The position numbers and the translations under genes are program-made. From positions 11,013-75,012 of the forward strand of contig JAUCBJ010004059.1 of NCBI GenBank assembly GCA_032718475.1: DNA of 64,000 nt, given 5' to 3'. Source of the DNA: Nemertoderma westbladi (taxonomy: Eukaryota > Animalia > Xenacoelomorpha). Every line of letters starts with the position of its first letter. The stretch's first letter is position 1. The notes under the pieces were generated by a model. That model had not been told where the DNA came from and made no database searches. It saw nothing but the letters and a program-made list of their open reading frames with translations. Positions 1-13,607 of the stretch are shown piece by piece.

Positions 1-3000
1 ACATCAACTCTATATGAAGACATATAGAGTTTACTTATGTGTCCTCTCAGACTACTTCTGTACACACTTGCGTAGGTGAAAAAATCATGAAAATCCAAAT
101 CAACCAGATTACGTTCTATATTGTATACCATTTTTAAATCAAAAACGATACGACGCATCTCTAAGGGCTGTAAATTAAGGTAATCTAGCCTTTCCATATA
201 GCTTATATACGATAAACTGCACCGCGCAAAAAGCCTTCGAGTAAAATATCTCTGTACGCGTTCTATGAGGTCGATGTTATACATCTGATATGGGGACCAG
301 ATAACGGTACAGTATTCGACTAAGGGTCGAACAAAGGCCTTATACGCTGTTACCAAAGCACTAACAGAGCTAGTGTAAAAAGAACGAAAAATCATGTTAA
401 TGATCTTAAACGCTTTTTTTACACGCTCTTTACAATATAACGAAAATTTCAGGTCATCACATATCGTAATGCCCAGATCCTTAAAACTTCTAACAGCTTC
501 TAGTTTCGTATTGTTTAGGTAATAAGACGGCTTCAAATTTTTACCACCAATATTAAGTACTTTACATTTATGCGGTGCAACTGGTAGTTGCCAGGTATCA
601 GACCACAAGTTAAGTGTAGTCAACGCATTGGATAAAAAGGAGGAGTCTATGTTACAACTATACAACTTTATATCATCTGCATATAATTTACAATGCACTG
701 AATCAAGCAATGGAGGAAGATCATTGATATACAACACAAACAAAACAGGTCCAATGACACTTCCTTGAGGTGTACCCGAAGGTACATTACGGTAATTAGA
801 TAAGCTATTACCTACCATAACACGCTGAGTGCGGTCAGTTAGGAAAGCTTTCAACCAAGCATACAAGTTTCCCACTATACCATATCCAGCAAGTTTGCAC
901 ATAAGCTTCGCATGAACTACTTGGTCGAATGCTTTTGCGAAGTCCACATATAAAACATCTACTTGTAATTTTTTGTCTACATATTTGCACCAATCATGAG
1001 TACATTCCAATAACTGGGTAGCGGTAGAACGGCGCTTCATAAACCCGTGTTGGGCGCGAGATATTAATTTATGCTCTAGTAGATATACTAGTAATTCATT
1101 CTTAATTAAAGATTCCATAATCTTGCAGGCCACGCATGTTAACGATACGGGCCTATAATTATACGGGTTAGAAGCGTCGTCCTTTTTGTAAATGGGCACA
1201 ATAATAGCTGTAAGCCAAATTCTAGGTAAAGCATGTGTGCAAAAAGAAACCTCAAAAATATGGGAAAGTGGTGTAGCCAAAGACTGAGCTAATTCGAAAA
1301 ATAAAATATTAGGAAAACCATCTGGGGTAGAACTAGTCTTTTTACCAAGTTGTTTTAATACTGGTAAAATCCTACTAGCACTAAAATCAATATTCCCTTT
1401 AGATATATTATCATTAACCCTAGAATTGAAAGGAGGTAAATCACCGTTATCTTTACTATAATTTTCCGATAATACCTTAGACATGATCCGAGCTTTTGTG
1501 GGGTCATCCACAATGATAGAGCCATTATATTTCAAGGGGGCAACACCAGTCTTATAATTCCGTTTAGAATTAACATATTTAAATATTGCATCAGGTTTCC
1601 CAGATGTTAAGATACGGTTTTCCCTGGCACAAGCAAATCTAAAAATTGCACGAGAAACTTCCTTTGAACACTTTTTATATTCATTATTACCAGTGTCTGT
1701 GTGTCTGCGGCGCCAGAGCGCCTTTTTTTTACGTTGCAATGCTCTAATATGTTCTGGGTAATATTTATTTTTTCTAGTGGGGGCAATACTTTTAAATGGG
1801 ATAAATAACACAATACCATGTTTTAAAATAGATGCAAATGCGGACCAAAAATCATCGACTGTAATACATGTATTATACACTTCATACCAGTCAATCGAAT
1901 CTAAGTATTCACAAAAGCTTTGAAATTTTCCATTTTTAAAATCATAGTAACCAATATTTTCATTTGAAATGGGCTGTTCAACACCACATAGCTTAAAAAA
2001 TACACATCCATCATGATCGGTACGTACTGGTGGATGAGACACCATGATATTTGAAACACAAAATTCATCAGTACAGAGTAAAATATCTAAAATGTTATCA
2101 CCACGAGTTGGTTCGTGAACAAATTGGGTTAAGCCAGATTCTAAAATAAAATCACAATATAGTTCATAGTTTGCATTTTGAGGAAAACTATATGTTTGCC
2201 AATTAACAAGCGGTAAATTAAAGTCACCTAGAAATACACAAGGGAAACCAATATCGCTCAGACTCGCTAAGCATGAACACAAGGCTTTATCATAATCATA
2301 TCCGGAATTAGGAGGGCGGTACACACAGACTATACGTGAAGGTGAACTACCCAAAAGATCGACAGCAATGACCTCGAGCGCGATATTGCCAGCAGTTGGA
2401 ATTTGCACATTAACACATTTAATATTACTCCTTACCACAACGGCTAAACCACCATACCCATCATGTCTGTCTTTCCTAAATAACTGGTAAGAGTTACCTC
2501 TATTGTTCATCACCATTGCATCAGATACCGTATCGTTTAGCCATGTCTCAGTAATTCCAATAATTTCACAGTCTGTATTAGATAAAAAATATTCAAAGTC
2601 AGGCAGTTTATTGCGTATTGACTGGCTGTTGAAAAAGCAGCAACTTATCAGACTGGAGGTTCCTTTACTAGCTTCCCCTCCTACAGGTTTCCCTGAATAG
2701 CAGAGGAGTTACTGTCAATGTTCGATTGGAATGCAGGAGCCGTTGGAGACAGAGGTCGCTCATCACGCAGTTGGTTACCGTTGGTTATATTTTGTAAGGA
2801 GCCGATACTACTGCGAGGACGAGAGTTTCTTAGCGCCTGGCGGCGAAGAAACTGTTCTTCTGCTTGCAGCCGAGTAAAATCACGATCGATAAATATTTCC
2901 CGGTAGTCTGTTGATTCCCTGAGCTTTCTTTTTTCCTTCATAATATTGTTCACAGAGCCTGCATCCTGTAGGCGTATGATGAATTTAGAAGGTTTACCCT

Positions 3001-3136
3001 CCCTTCCCCGTCTTCGCATTATTATACGGTCGAGGGCCTGTGTTTCCTGGAACTGCTCTGGAACTGCTATTAAATAAATGATTTTTAAGACGGGATTGGA
3101 ACTACGATTGAGATTTCTTGCACATGAGTTCATCAA
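1..3136 (-). mobile_element. Degenerate CR1/L2-group LINE (ORF1 tail, APE endonuclease, RT), running off the window start
   Basis: Minus-strand motifs: ORF1 C-terminal piece 2681-3136 (REIFIDRDFT), APE LGDFN ~2220 and TDHD ~2015, RT YNYRPVSLT ~1150, QHGF ~1045, DFAKAFD ~935, SGTPQG ~770, YADD ~675. Interrupted by stops/frameshifts. Confidence 0.88.
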
Positions 3137-5519
3137 TTAGGAGTTCTAGACACGATGACCTCGAAAGCTCACGGACCGCTGGGATGAACCGAGATGGAAT
3201 AGTGGGAGAGTGCAATCAGATCCGCAGCAGATCTGGTGAAATGTGAGTGGACTGTGTTGCGTTTTTGAAATAGTTTGGAAAGTGCAAAAGTATATCTCAT
3301 CTTCACCCTAGAAAATAGTTCCGTGGTTTAAATTTCATGATCATACAGCTGATTAGCAGTACCTTGCTCATCCAATATCATCATCTTGAGCTGTGTATGA
3401 ATAATGAGAGAGGCTTTCAGACATCCACTGGCGATCACATATGTCACTGTTCTAATGTAATTAATGTAAAGTACTCGTCCCCACAATGTCCTAGTCAACT
3501 GTTCTTATATATAAGCTAGGACATGACTGGCATTCACTAACAGAATGTGTTAATTTCCTCGCCCATGCCGAAGATATAGACGAGGCAACCTATGTATTTG
3601 AACTTGTTTCCTGCATGCTTATTACTACCAAACTCAACTAACTCGAACTCTTTCTCAGATTGTGCTTCTCATGATCTACGAATTGTACCTGGCCGCCTAG
3701 TATTCATACCGGTATTGGTAGATGTATCAAATCGAACATTATAAATACCTTTCCCTTTCAGCTGGGACATCTCAGAGCAACTCGGCCCCCTGTCTGATGC
3801 CCGAATTAATTCCAGCGATTGTTAAATCTTTATCTTTACATTGTACAAATTTTCTACTGCCAACCACATAATACTTCCCGTTTCATTCCAAATTCTCCGA
3901 TAAACACAGCACATTTAGCCAGATGGTTTCCTTTTCATTACCCGCTTTTTTTAATGTTTTCTTTGTGTGCTTTGCAGCCAACTTTCGTTAAAATTCTGTC
4001 ACAAGAACTTCTTCATCCGGGAGATGTCGCTTTGCCATTGTGTATATTCATTACAATACTAATTATATTAGATTCACATTCTGACAAACAATATTCAGAT
4101 ATTACAATATCAGTAGGTAGGCCTACACTTTGTACAGCTCTATCTCTATCTGTATTTAATTAATTGCTTACTGACAGCAATATGGAGAACGGTAAGTAAA
4201 CAGTAAATGAATGTTCTGATGGCAGGACCAGGACAGCATAGGAATTGCAGAATTGAATTATATTACAGTACAGAATCAGTCCGGCACCGCCAGACCGCTG
4301 CGCCATGACATGAGAGTAAAAACGCAAGCACTCAGTTTCTGCACATCCAATAATATTGCTGTGTTATAAATGCTTTCAGTTGGTATGGGGCTGTTCTGTC
4401 TGTCTGTTTGATAGGTTGTGATTGCTTGCTAATCATAGCCAGCATTAAATGCACTAAATCAACCATGTGTATACATACTGAGGAGTCAATACGTTTCTCA
4501 AGAGGCATCATGGGGGGGGGGGGGGGGGTAGTCGCAAAACCTATCTTGGCCAATTACAAGCGCGGCCCGACGAATTAAAATGATAATTATTAAGTGAGCG
4601 AAAGGAGCAGGTTGCTGTGTCAGGATAATGGATAGAATAATAATGATTTTTATAACATACTATATTTATTATTTATTTTGAAGTAAAGATTAAGATATAA
4701 GAAGGTAAAAGAGCACAAAACGGCCGATATGTATAACCAATAATAATCAATAATACAATCATATCTATTCTACTTCATTCCTGCATTATCTCAGTTAACT
4801 TAAGTACATTCCGGCATTCTTTCATTATTACAGTCAGTCACTGCAAACAATCACTCATTAGGGAAGTTGGTTAGCGTTAGAGTACATAGAGCCACCGGCA
4901 GACCACTAATATTTAAATGTAAACTCCTAAGTTACATTGAGTGCTTGTTGATAACAACCAATCAAACGGAGCCTCCCCATAACCACTGAAAGCATTCATA
5001 AACAGGCAATATTATTGGATGTTCACAAAATGAGTGCTTGCGTTTTTACTCACATCTTCCACAGTGTACACTGCACGGCACACTGTACATGTACTTTTAC
5101 AGTGTACAACTGCGGCTGTAGTTTTGCACTGTCAGACTGTCATATTATGAAAGGAGCTAGCCATGGTAGGCTTCATGGTGTAAAAATAATTACCCATATT
5201 ACAGGATACAGTATGTACCGCACCATCTTCTGTGAAAGTTTTTACAGAGGCGGGTATTTTAATCAAAACAATAATAATAAGTAATATAATAAGTAATAAA
5301 TAATAATAAGTAATAAATTTGTCAACTATAAACTATAGCTATAAACTAACATTACAAATTAATTCTAGTTTTTCAGACATGCTCCCATGGGCAGGGCACG
5401 ACAGGTGGTCTGTCATGTTTATAATTGCCATTGGTGAGACATCATCTTAAATCTGATGGTACCCTGAAAGTATACACGTTATGTAATTAATACACAGTAA
5501 TTTTATCGGAAACTTATAA

Positions 5520-5654
5520 TGTGACGTCACGATATTGCGGACACCCTCCCCTCATCCTTCCCCCTCCCCTTGCTCCCCTCGTCACAAATCGTCACGAAAT
5601 TTCTATCAAACCCCTCCCCCCTTTCCAGCGTGACGTCATTTATGGATGGCCCCT
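5520..5654. mobile_element. Probable PIF/Harbinger-like MITE terminus
   Basis: Ends in TGACGTCATTTATGGATGGCCCCT, a typical MITE TIR-like terminus. The partner TIR was not found. Confidence 0.3.
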
Positions 5655-6232
5655 TCCCCTTAGTGTGTATTCCTGTATTCAATGATTAAACAGATTTGAA
5701 TTTACCGCCAAAATATAGGTGGCAGATCTGATCTGCCACCATGTCCAATACAAATTACGTGTCTTTCAATCATTTGAATTTCCCGGGCTATGGGCTATGG
5801 TGCAGGGTGGCACCTTTTATGGACTTGTCTATTTAAAGTGGTGGCAAAAAAAGTGGTTTTGTCGAGCGATATGACGAGCTTGGCGAGACTAATAAGAAAA
5901 CAAGATAAAAAATGTCACTCGTTTTGCAACTACTTATATACGTCGTTTTATTTGTTGTAAGTCTTCTAACTTTTATCTGATCCTATTTCCGCATAAATAT
6001 CGTCAATCGAAGCTTCTTCTATAGTAAAAGTAGCGCTTGATTCTATAAGGTTTGATCCAAACATTAATTTTGACTAAACTTGCCACTTAGTACTTTGTTC
6101 CAGAATAGCGTCGAGTAATTATATAGTCATATTTGGTATTATTGGTCTAATCTGTATCCCATTTAATCAATCTAATTTCGAAATAAGCGGATTTATTAAA
6201 TTAATTATTGTTGCTGCTGTTACTTTGTTCAG

Positions 6233-6955
6233 GTGACAACGGAACAAATCCAGGAGTTCTTCGAGCAGTACGGCGACCTTGAAGATGTTTACATCCCCCG
6301 TAATCCGTTCCGGCACTGCGCCTTCGTCACATTCAAACGCACGGAGGTGGCCCACAGTCTGGTTAACCAACAGTTCGAGATCATAGATGGAGTCAGAGTG
6401 TCCACATCGGTGGCCGAGCCCAAGGGGTCGAAGAGGCTGCGGGGAGGCGAGAGGGAGGTTCGAGGGTCGATGGGTAGGAGGGGCGGTTACTACGGAGGAG
6501 GGGGGTTCGATATGGGTCCGTCTCCTGGAGGGTACCACGGAGGGTACTCATCACAGTACAGTGGAGGGGGAGGCTACGGTGGCCCCTCTGGTGGGGGCTA
6601 TGGGGGCCCCTCCGGTGGCGGATATGGTGGCCGCTCCGGTGGGGGATACGGCTCATCCGGTGGAGGATATGGGTCCTCCGGTGGAGGGTATGCAGGTTCT
6701 ACCGGGGGAAGTTTTGGAGGCTCTTCCGGGCTATCTTCCGGTGGTTTCGGTGGCGGTAGTTCTTCCTTCAACGCGCCTGCCGACTCAGATGTCAGTGCGG
6801 TGGTGAATCAGCTGACCCAGAAAGCCAATGTTAACCCACAGGTATTGCACCATTTGAAAGCTTTAATGTCTCTAACGGGTGATGGTGGTAGCGGTGGTGG
6901 TAGAATGCCTGCAACCAATGGAAACGCGGGATCAGGGGGCTGGTCTAATAAGTGA
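6233..6955 (+). CDS. TARDBP: Terminal coding exon of a TDP-43 (TARDBP)-like RNA-binding protein: RRM2-like domain plus Gly/Ser/Tyr-rich low-complexity tail
   Basis: Acceptor ttgttcAG at 6231-6232, phase 0. VTTEQIQEFFEQYGDLEDVYIPRNPFRHCAFVTF...VSTSVAEPK aligns by eye with TDP-43 RRM2 ([33 protein letters not shown]...VHISNAEPK). YGGxSGG repeats follow. Upstream exons not identified. Confidence 0.75.
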   Translation: MTTEQIQEFFEQYGDLEDVYIPRNPFRHCAFVTFKRTEVAHSLVNQQFEIIDGVRVSTSVAEPKGSKRLRGGEREVRGSMGRRGGYYGGGGFDMGPSPGGYHGGYSSQYSGGGGYGGPSGGGYGGPSGGGYGGRSGGGYGSSGGGYGSSGGGYAGSTGGSFGGSSGLSSGGFGGGSSSFNAPADSDVSAVVNQLTQKANVNPQVLHHLKALMSLTGDGGSGGGRMPATNGNAGSGGWSNK

Positions 6956-7605
6956 GAATGTGAATGTGACGTCATGCTGGGCTTATTTGAGCCAATCAGA
7001 GTATAGAGACAGAGTCAATCAGTGGAACTTCGTCTACAATTAGCTGTGTATTAGATGAGTCTTTCAGTGTAACTTTCACTCAACTGTCTGTCTGTGTATC
7101 TGGTTTTATACCGGTACTTTTATATGTTCATTGTGTCAGAATATCAGATTTGTCATTCGAATTTGGTTGTTTTTATTGATTGTGCGATCGATTATATTTC
7201 GGCGTAGTATTGTGACGCGTTTATTTCGCATTATTGGAGTGCCGGAATGTGTTGCGTTTATTGGTCCCGTTCAGTTTAATTCTGTGGGGAAAAATATTCC
7301 CTAAAATGTAACAAGCGGAGAAATTCAAGGCGCTGAGCTCATAGGTTATTGGTATTCCCATTACACTAGCTGTGTGTTATTCATCAAATATATCAATATA
7401 AATTGAGTCTGAGCTGATCGGTCATAAACATATTATACGATCAAACGTTAGGAACAAAACTGTTCTGCCGTAGCGAACAATGTATTGAATGATGTAACAA
7501 GATCCAGATCATCATTGTCTTGTGCTTGTCCAACCCCAAGTATAAATATGTATACTTATACGGCTATAATATCTACCAACCCCATAAATACTTTATTTTT
7601 ATCAT

Positions 7606-8082
7606 ACCGGGGCGGTGCTAGCTTCTGGGCGGCGTCGAGCTAGCTACTGGGCGGCGTCGAGCTATAGCTACCGGGGCGGCTCAGTGCTAGCTACCGGGGG
7701 GCGGCCCCGAGCTATAGCTACCGCGCTACCGGGGTAGCCTCGAGCTAGCTACCGGGGTGATGCTAGCTACAAGGGCGGCTCAGTGCCAGCTACCGGGGGC
7801 GGCCCCGAGCTATAGCTACCGCGCTACCGGGGTAGCCTCGAGCTAGCTACCGGGGCGGTGCTTGCTACCGGGGGCGGCCCCGAGCTATAGCTACCGGGGT
7901 GGCCTCCAGCTAGCTACCAGGGGCGGCCCCGAGCTATAGCTACCGGGGTGGCCTCGAGCTAGCTACCGGGGCGGTGCTTGCTACCGGGGGCGGCCCCGAG
8001 CTATCGCTACCGGGGTGGCCTCGAGCTAGCTACCGGGGCGGTGCTAGCTACTGGGGCGGCCCCGTGCCAGCTACCGAGCTAC
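7606..8082. repeat. GC-rich irregular minisatellite (GAGCTAGCTACCGGGGCGG-type units)
   Basis: Repeated gagcta(ta)gctaccgggg(c/t)ggc blocks. Confidence 0.85.
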
Positions 8083-8395
8083 CAAATCCAATCTCCTTCC
8101 GTTCAAAGTTAAATGTAGAATCCGGATCCGTGTTTTACTCTGACCCGATTTGGGATGAATATCTGCAACATATTGTGATTGATGGAACAGTATCAATTTT
8201 AGATTTTCCATTTATTAATTTCTAGATTAACGAGAGACTCTCATTTTTTATACGCTTGTAGGAGGTAGGTGTAGGTTTGAAAGCAAAAATACAAACAACC
8301 CTGACTCACCTTCACTTCCAGCGTGATTAAGAGCTTGAAAGCAGATTCAAATAAAAGATTGCAAAATTGTCAAAATTTTCGAAATCTAAATTTGA

Positions 8396-9022
8396 TTTGA
8401 GTGTATACCGTTATTAAGGTGGCACCTATTTGAGTGTATACCGTTATTAAGGTGGCACCTATTTGAGTGTATGCCGTTATTAAGGTGGCACCTATTTGAG
8501 TGTATACCGTTATTAAGGTGGCACCTATTTGAGTGTATACCGTTATTAAGGTGGCACCTATTTGAGTGTATGCCGTTATTAAGGTGGCACCTATTTGAGT
8601 GTATAGCGTTATTAAGGTGGCACCTATTTGAGTGTATACCGTTATTAAGGTGGCACCTATTTGAGTGTATACCGTTATTTAGGTGGCACCTATTTGAGTG
8701 TATGCCGTTATTAAGGTGGCACCTATTTGAGTGTATACCGTTATTAAGGTGGCACCTATTTGAGTGTATACCGTTATTAAGGTGGCACCTATTTGAGTGT
8801 ATACCGTTATTTAGGTGGCACCTATTTGAGTATATACCGTTATTAAGGTGGCACCTATTTGAGTGTATGCCGTTATTAAGGTGGCACCTATTTGAGTGTA
8901 TACCGTTATTAAGGTGGCACCTATTTGAGTGTATACCGTTATTAAGGTGGCACCTATTTGAGTGTATACCGTTATTAAGGTGGCACCTATTTGAGTGTAT
9001 ACCGTTATTAAGGTGGCACCTA
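8396..9022. repeat. 33-bp tandem repeat, 19 copies (TTTGAGTGTATACCGTTATTAAGGTGGCACCTA)
   Basis: Read directly; 627 bp/33 = 19 near-identical units with no spacers. Confidence 0.97.
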
Positions 9023-10834
9023 CTTTCATGGGGTAAATGTTATTTTTCCGTTATTAGAAAAAAGCAGAAGGTTTATTCCCTAACTTCCTCCCTGAAATAA
9101 TATCAATTACGCGAAAATACCTGAATTTTATGTTCATCCTTAATAAGTATGATAAATATGATGGCGTTCCAAGTAGAAATTTTGGGTAGGCCTGGGTCAC
9201 ACATGGTTTCAACTAAAATATAGAACACGTCATTGTACCCTGTGGAGACGTTCACACAAACAGTCAACTTTCAACTTTTCTAGCATTGATTGACAGAAGA
9301 AGTAAAAACTATCTTATAAATCGAATATTGTTCTACTCATTTATAGTTGGTCTATTGCAATATAGGCAATGTATTGTATGAGCTGAATATTGAATGATTA
9401 TGTGAACCGGGACGTGTGTGACCCGGTATTTAGATAGATCTGACATTTGGAATTTGATATATAATATGAAAAGTGCTAGTTGAGAAAAAGGCGAAAGTTT
9501 AGTGTACTTGTTTCAAAAGTTACCATGTATCTCAGAATCCTCTAATACTTCTCAGATTATTAATTAATGTTAATTAGCGGTAAATCGGTATGTTACTGTT
9601 AGCCTAATTGGACAATCTTCTATGATTTAGAAAATGGAAATTTTTAGCGAAAATTGCAAGAGGTAAAAAAAAATCGCGTGAACTGCTATTTCCAAAAGAT
9701 CTGTTTGGCACTACAATTTTCAACCAAGATTTTTGGATTCATCATAAAATTTTGGTTGGGAGATTTTGATTTTTATTTTTTGGGTGCCAATTGGGTACGT
9801 GTATGAAAAACCCATGAAACCTAAAATGTATTGATCTTAGAATCCCCTTTTTTCTAAAGTGCCCCATTCATTGAGACGTTGTCCGGCATCTCGAGAACTA
9901 AGCATTGGTTGAGATTGTAGATTGTGATTTATTTCTTTTTCAAATCGAATGGTTTGTCTCCCGATTTGTGGTCTGTTATCAAATCTTATTCCCTAAGCAG
10001 AGCGACCTATTAATTAATTGTATTTAGCATCGACGGGAATACCAGAGATGTAAGAGTATCAACAGCTCCTGTGTCGATGGATTTGGTGGATAGCGTATGC
10101 TTAAAACTGCATGTCATTGCGATTCATGAGATGATCTATCTCTGGTACCGGTACCGGTACCGGTACCGTATAGTTTGGATTGCGAGTTAAATCAACGCGG
10201 CAATAATTTGTGAACGAACTGAACGGACTCGTGTATCATATAGCGAAGCAGCGCGGTTGGAATCAATTCACAACGGTGTAAGAAGTATTGAGGGATTATC
10301 AGCAGTATATTTGTTACAGTGAAGAAGTATATGTCACGGGTGTAATAAAGTTGAGAATAATAAACAACGGGTTTAATAAGTGAAGTGGTGAGTTATTTCG
10401 GATGTGTTTCTACAACTACAAAGTATCGTTTACCATGGTTAGTTAGTGCGTCTGTCTGTGTTTATGTAGAGTAGAACCTCCTAACTTTGTACCGGTAAAT
10501 AACAATACAATCGTTTATTGTTAAAGATTGCTTATTTACTTCATAATGCATTTTGTTATTAATTGCATTATTCGTAGATAAACTATTCGAAACTATACAA
10601 TTTTTGTTCTTCTTTTTTATTATTTTATCTTTATTCTTTATTTTTGTTTTTTATTGAAACTTTAAAATGGACCTATTTGTTTGGATATATTTAATTGGAC
10701 CAATTAAAACCTCAGCTTCTGGAGTCGTCTATAAAAAAAATATATAAAAATAAAATAAATTTCCTTAAATTATATTACATAATAGCCCCAGAAGATAGCC
10801 CCCCTTTACCCTACTGTATCAGTATCAACCCATA

Positions 10835-11046
10835 TTGTCAAAAAGGCCCGCAACAGTAGAATCCACGGTGCCCGGAATGGGGGCGGCGTTCCCGCTAAGA
10901 ATGGCGATTAGGATACGCTGGAGGAGGGCTGGGCTCCATAGTTACGGCGTAGAGCTTCCGGCCGACCTCCTCCAGGAAGCAGACGGTTTCAGGGCCATGT
11001 TGGTGGAGGTTTTGGCGGCCTCCGCTTCCTCCGCCACTCGGCCTTC
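10835..11046 (-). mobile_element. Relic 3' end of a CRE-like (restriction-like endonuclease) non-LTR retrotransposon
   Basis: Minus strand, with frameshifts, reads EEAEAAK...GPETVCFLEEVGRKLYAVTMEP..LLQRILIAILSGNAAPIPGT. This matches the CRE-clade C-terminal pattern (FLxELGRRL..TGEP..LxQRISxAIQRGNAAxILGT). Confidence 0.65.
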
Positions 11047-12350
11047 TTTATTTTTTTGTTATTTTTTTTTAATTTTCTGCTTTATTTTTATTCTTTGTTT
11101 TTGTTTTTTATTATTATTTTGATCGTTATTTTTGTTCCCCGTTTTTATTTTTATTATTTCTGACTTTATTTTAATTATTTTTTATTCCTTATTTTTATTC
11201 TTTATTTTATTTATTTTTTATTCATAACTTTTGTTCTTTATTTTTATTCATTATTTTTATTCTATATTTTTTGTTCTTTATTTTTGTTCTTTCTTACTAT
11301 TCTTTATTTTTATTCATTATTTTTGTTCTTTATTTTTATTCTTTATTTTGGTTTTTTATTTTTATTCTTTATTTTTTTATTTTTATTTTTGTTATTCTTT
11401 ATTTTTGTTTTTTATTATTATTTTGATCGTTATTTTTGTTCCCCGTTTTTATTTTTATTATTTCTGACTTTATTTTAATTATTTTTTATTCCTTATTTTT
11501 ATTCTTTATTTTATTTATTTTTTATTCATAACTTTTGTTCTTTATTTTTATTCATTATTTTTATTCTATATTTTTTGTTCTTTATTTTTGTTCTTTCTTA
11601 CTATTCTTTATTTTTATTCATTATTTTTGTTCTTTATTTTTATTCTTTATTTTGGTTTTTTATTTTTATTCTTTATTTTTTTATTTTTATTTTTGTTATT
11701 CTTTATTTTTGTTTTTTATTCTTTATCTTTATTTGTATCTTTATTTTCTTCTTTTTCTTCTTTATTTTTACTCTGTTTTTGTTTTTGATTTTGTTCTTTA
11801 TTTTTATTCTTTATTTTTTATTTTAGTTCTTTTTTTGTTATTTATTTTTTATTTATTTAAATTCTTTAATTTGATTCTTTATTTTTATTTTTGTTTTTTG
11901 TTTTTATTTTATTCTTTATTTTTTCCCCTTTTTAATTTTGTTCTTTATGTTTGTTCTTTATTTTTTTTTTATTTTTGCTCTTTATTTTTATTCTTTATTT
12001 TTGTTTTTTTATTTTTGTTCTTTATTTTTTATTTATTTAAATTCTTTAATTTGATTCTTTATTTTTATTTTTATTTTTGTTTTTTATTTTTATTTTATTC
12101 TTTATGTTTTCCCCTTTTTAATTTTGTTCTTTATGTTTGTTCTTTATTTTTTTTTATTTTTGCTCTTTATTTTTATTCTTTATTTTTGTTTTTTTATTTT
12201 TGTTCTTTATTTTTTTATTTTTGCTCTTCATTTTTATTCTTTATTTTTGTTTTTTTATCTTTATCTTTATTTTTGTTCTTTATTGTTGTTCTTTATTGTT
12301 GTTCTTATTGTTATTCTTTAATTTTGTTCTTTATTGTTGTTATTTATTAT
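11047..12350. repeat. T-rich low-complexity tract with internal duplications (~304-bp period in the left part)
   Basis: Dominated by tttattttt(g/a)ttc. The block at 11231 recurs at 11535, and the block at ~11850 recurs at ~12030. Confidence 0.92.
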
Positions 12351-12673
12351 AACAATTACAATTTACTCAAGTTTCGATAAAATAATATGCGTCTGCGACT
12401 GCGCCCCTTGAATTTTTTGGGTTTTCTTTTGGATATAAATATTCTTATTACACAGTTGCATATTTTCTATATTCAATAATATAATTGATATTACACTAGT
12501 TTATTTATTGAACTAATCTAAAAATATATTTTATTGCAGGTCATCGCATATGCGACAGGGGGTTAAATAGCCATCCATCTCTTCCATTATTATTGTCTCT
12601 TCCTTTACGACACTTATGACAATCCACATTCCACAATCAAGTAGGCCTACTTAGAAAAAAAATCCTGGTTCTG

Positions 12674-13078
12674 CTATGGATACTTAAAGATCAATAATAT
12701 TTGATAACCGTTAATTCGTTTACGGATACTTATCAACCACAAACAATCTCAAACAATGGATGCTTGAAGACAAACAATCTCACCACCGCTATGGATGCTT
12801 GGAGACAAACAATCTCAGCACCGCAATGGATGCTTGGAGACAAACAATCTCAGCACCGCTATGGATGCTTGGAGGCAAACAATCTCACCACTGCTATGGA
12901 TACTTAAAGATCAATAATATTTGATAACCGTTAATTCGTTTACGGATACTTATCAACCACAAACAATCTCAAACAATGGATGCTTGGAGGCAAACAATCT
13001 CAGCACCGCTATGGATGCTTGAAGACAAACAATCTCACCACCACTATGGATGCTTGAAGACAAACAATCTCACCACCG
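12674..13078. repeat. Left edge of the 35-bp satellite, including a 220-bp duplicated boundary unit
   Basis: Same unit as 16996-19980. ctatggatacttaaagatcaataat... occurs at 12674 and 12894. Confidence 0.9.
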
Positions 13079-13607
13079 CACAGTGGGTCAGAAACCCTGT
13101 TTTGTGGCCAAAATTAAATATTTCTAAAAATATTCATAGTTTGGGCACTATTTTTCACCTATAAGGGTTTTCGATAGCGGCGAATCTTCTGAGATGGGTC
13201 ACAAATACTCAGAGGGTACCCTTGTGCCATTTCTGGCACGTGCCAAAATTGGCATATTTGGCAAACACAATAAGCACAGACAGAATGGCGCATATTTCAG
13301 TTTCATGAGGTTTAACAGGGGACTGAAGCGTTGAAAAATGGTTTCAAATTCTCTAGTTGCAAATAAGTGCCACTTTTTAGCATGTGGCACATATGTTTAG
13401 CATGGCACAAAATATCAAAGTCACTAAAGTTTCATAGAAGTATGCCATTTTCGATTTTTATAGGTTTTCAAAGGTGCTGATTCGATTGCAAATGGTTTTG
13501 AATTTTCCACTGGCACAGAAGTGACACGTTTTAGCATGTGGCACATGGCACGTACGTTTAGAATCGCACAAAATATCAAAATTGGAAGGTCTTCCTGCAT
13601 ACTTTGT

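Noticed and set aside
8396-9100. CRISPR array or 209-aa repeat protein (PLLRWHLFEC)n
   Set aside because: Pure 33-bp tandem repeat without spacers. The ORF arises because the unit is a multiple of 3 and lacks a stop.
11231-12380. Phe/Leu/Tyr-rich multi-pass membrane ORFs
   Set aside because: Translation of T-rich low-complexity DNA.
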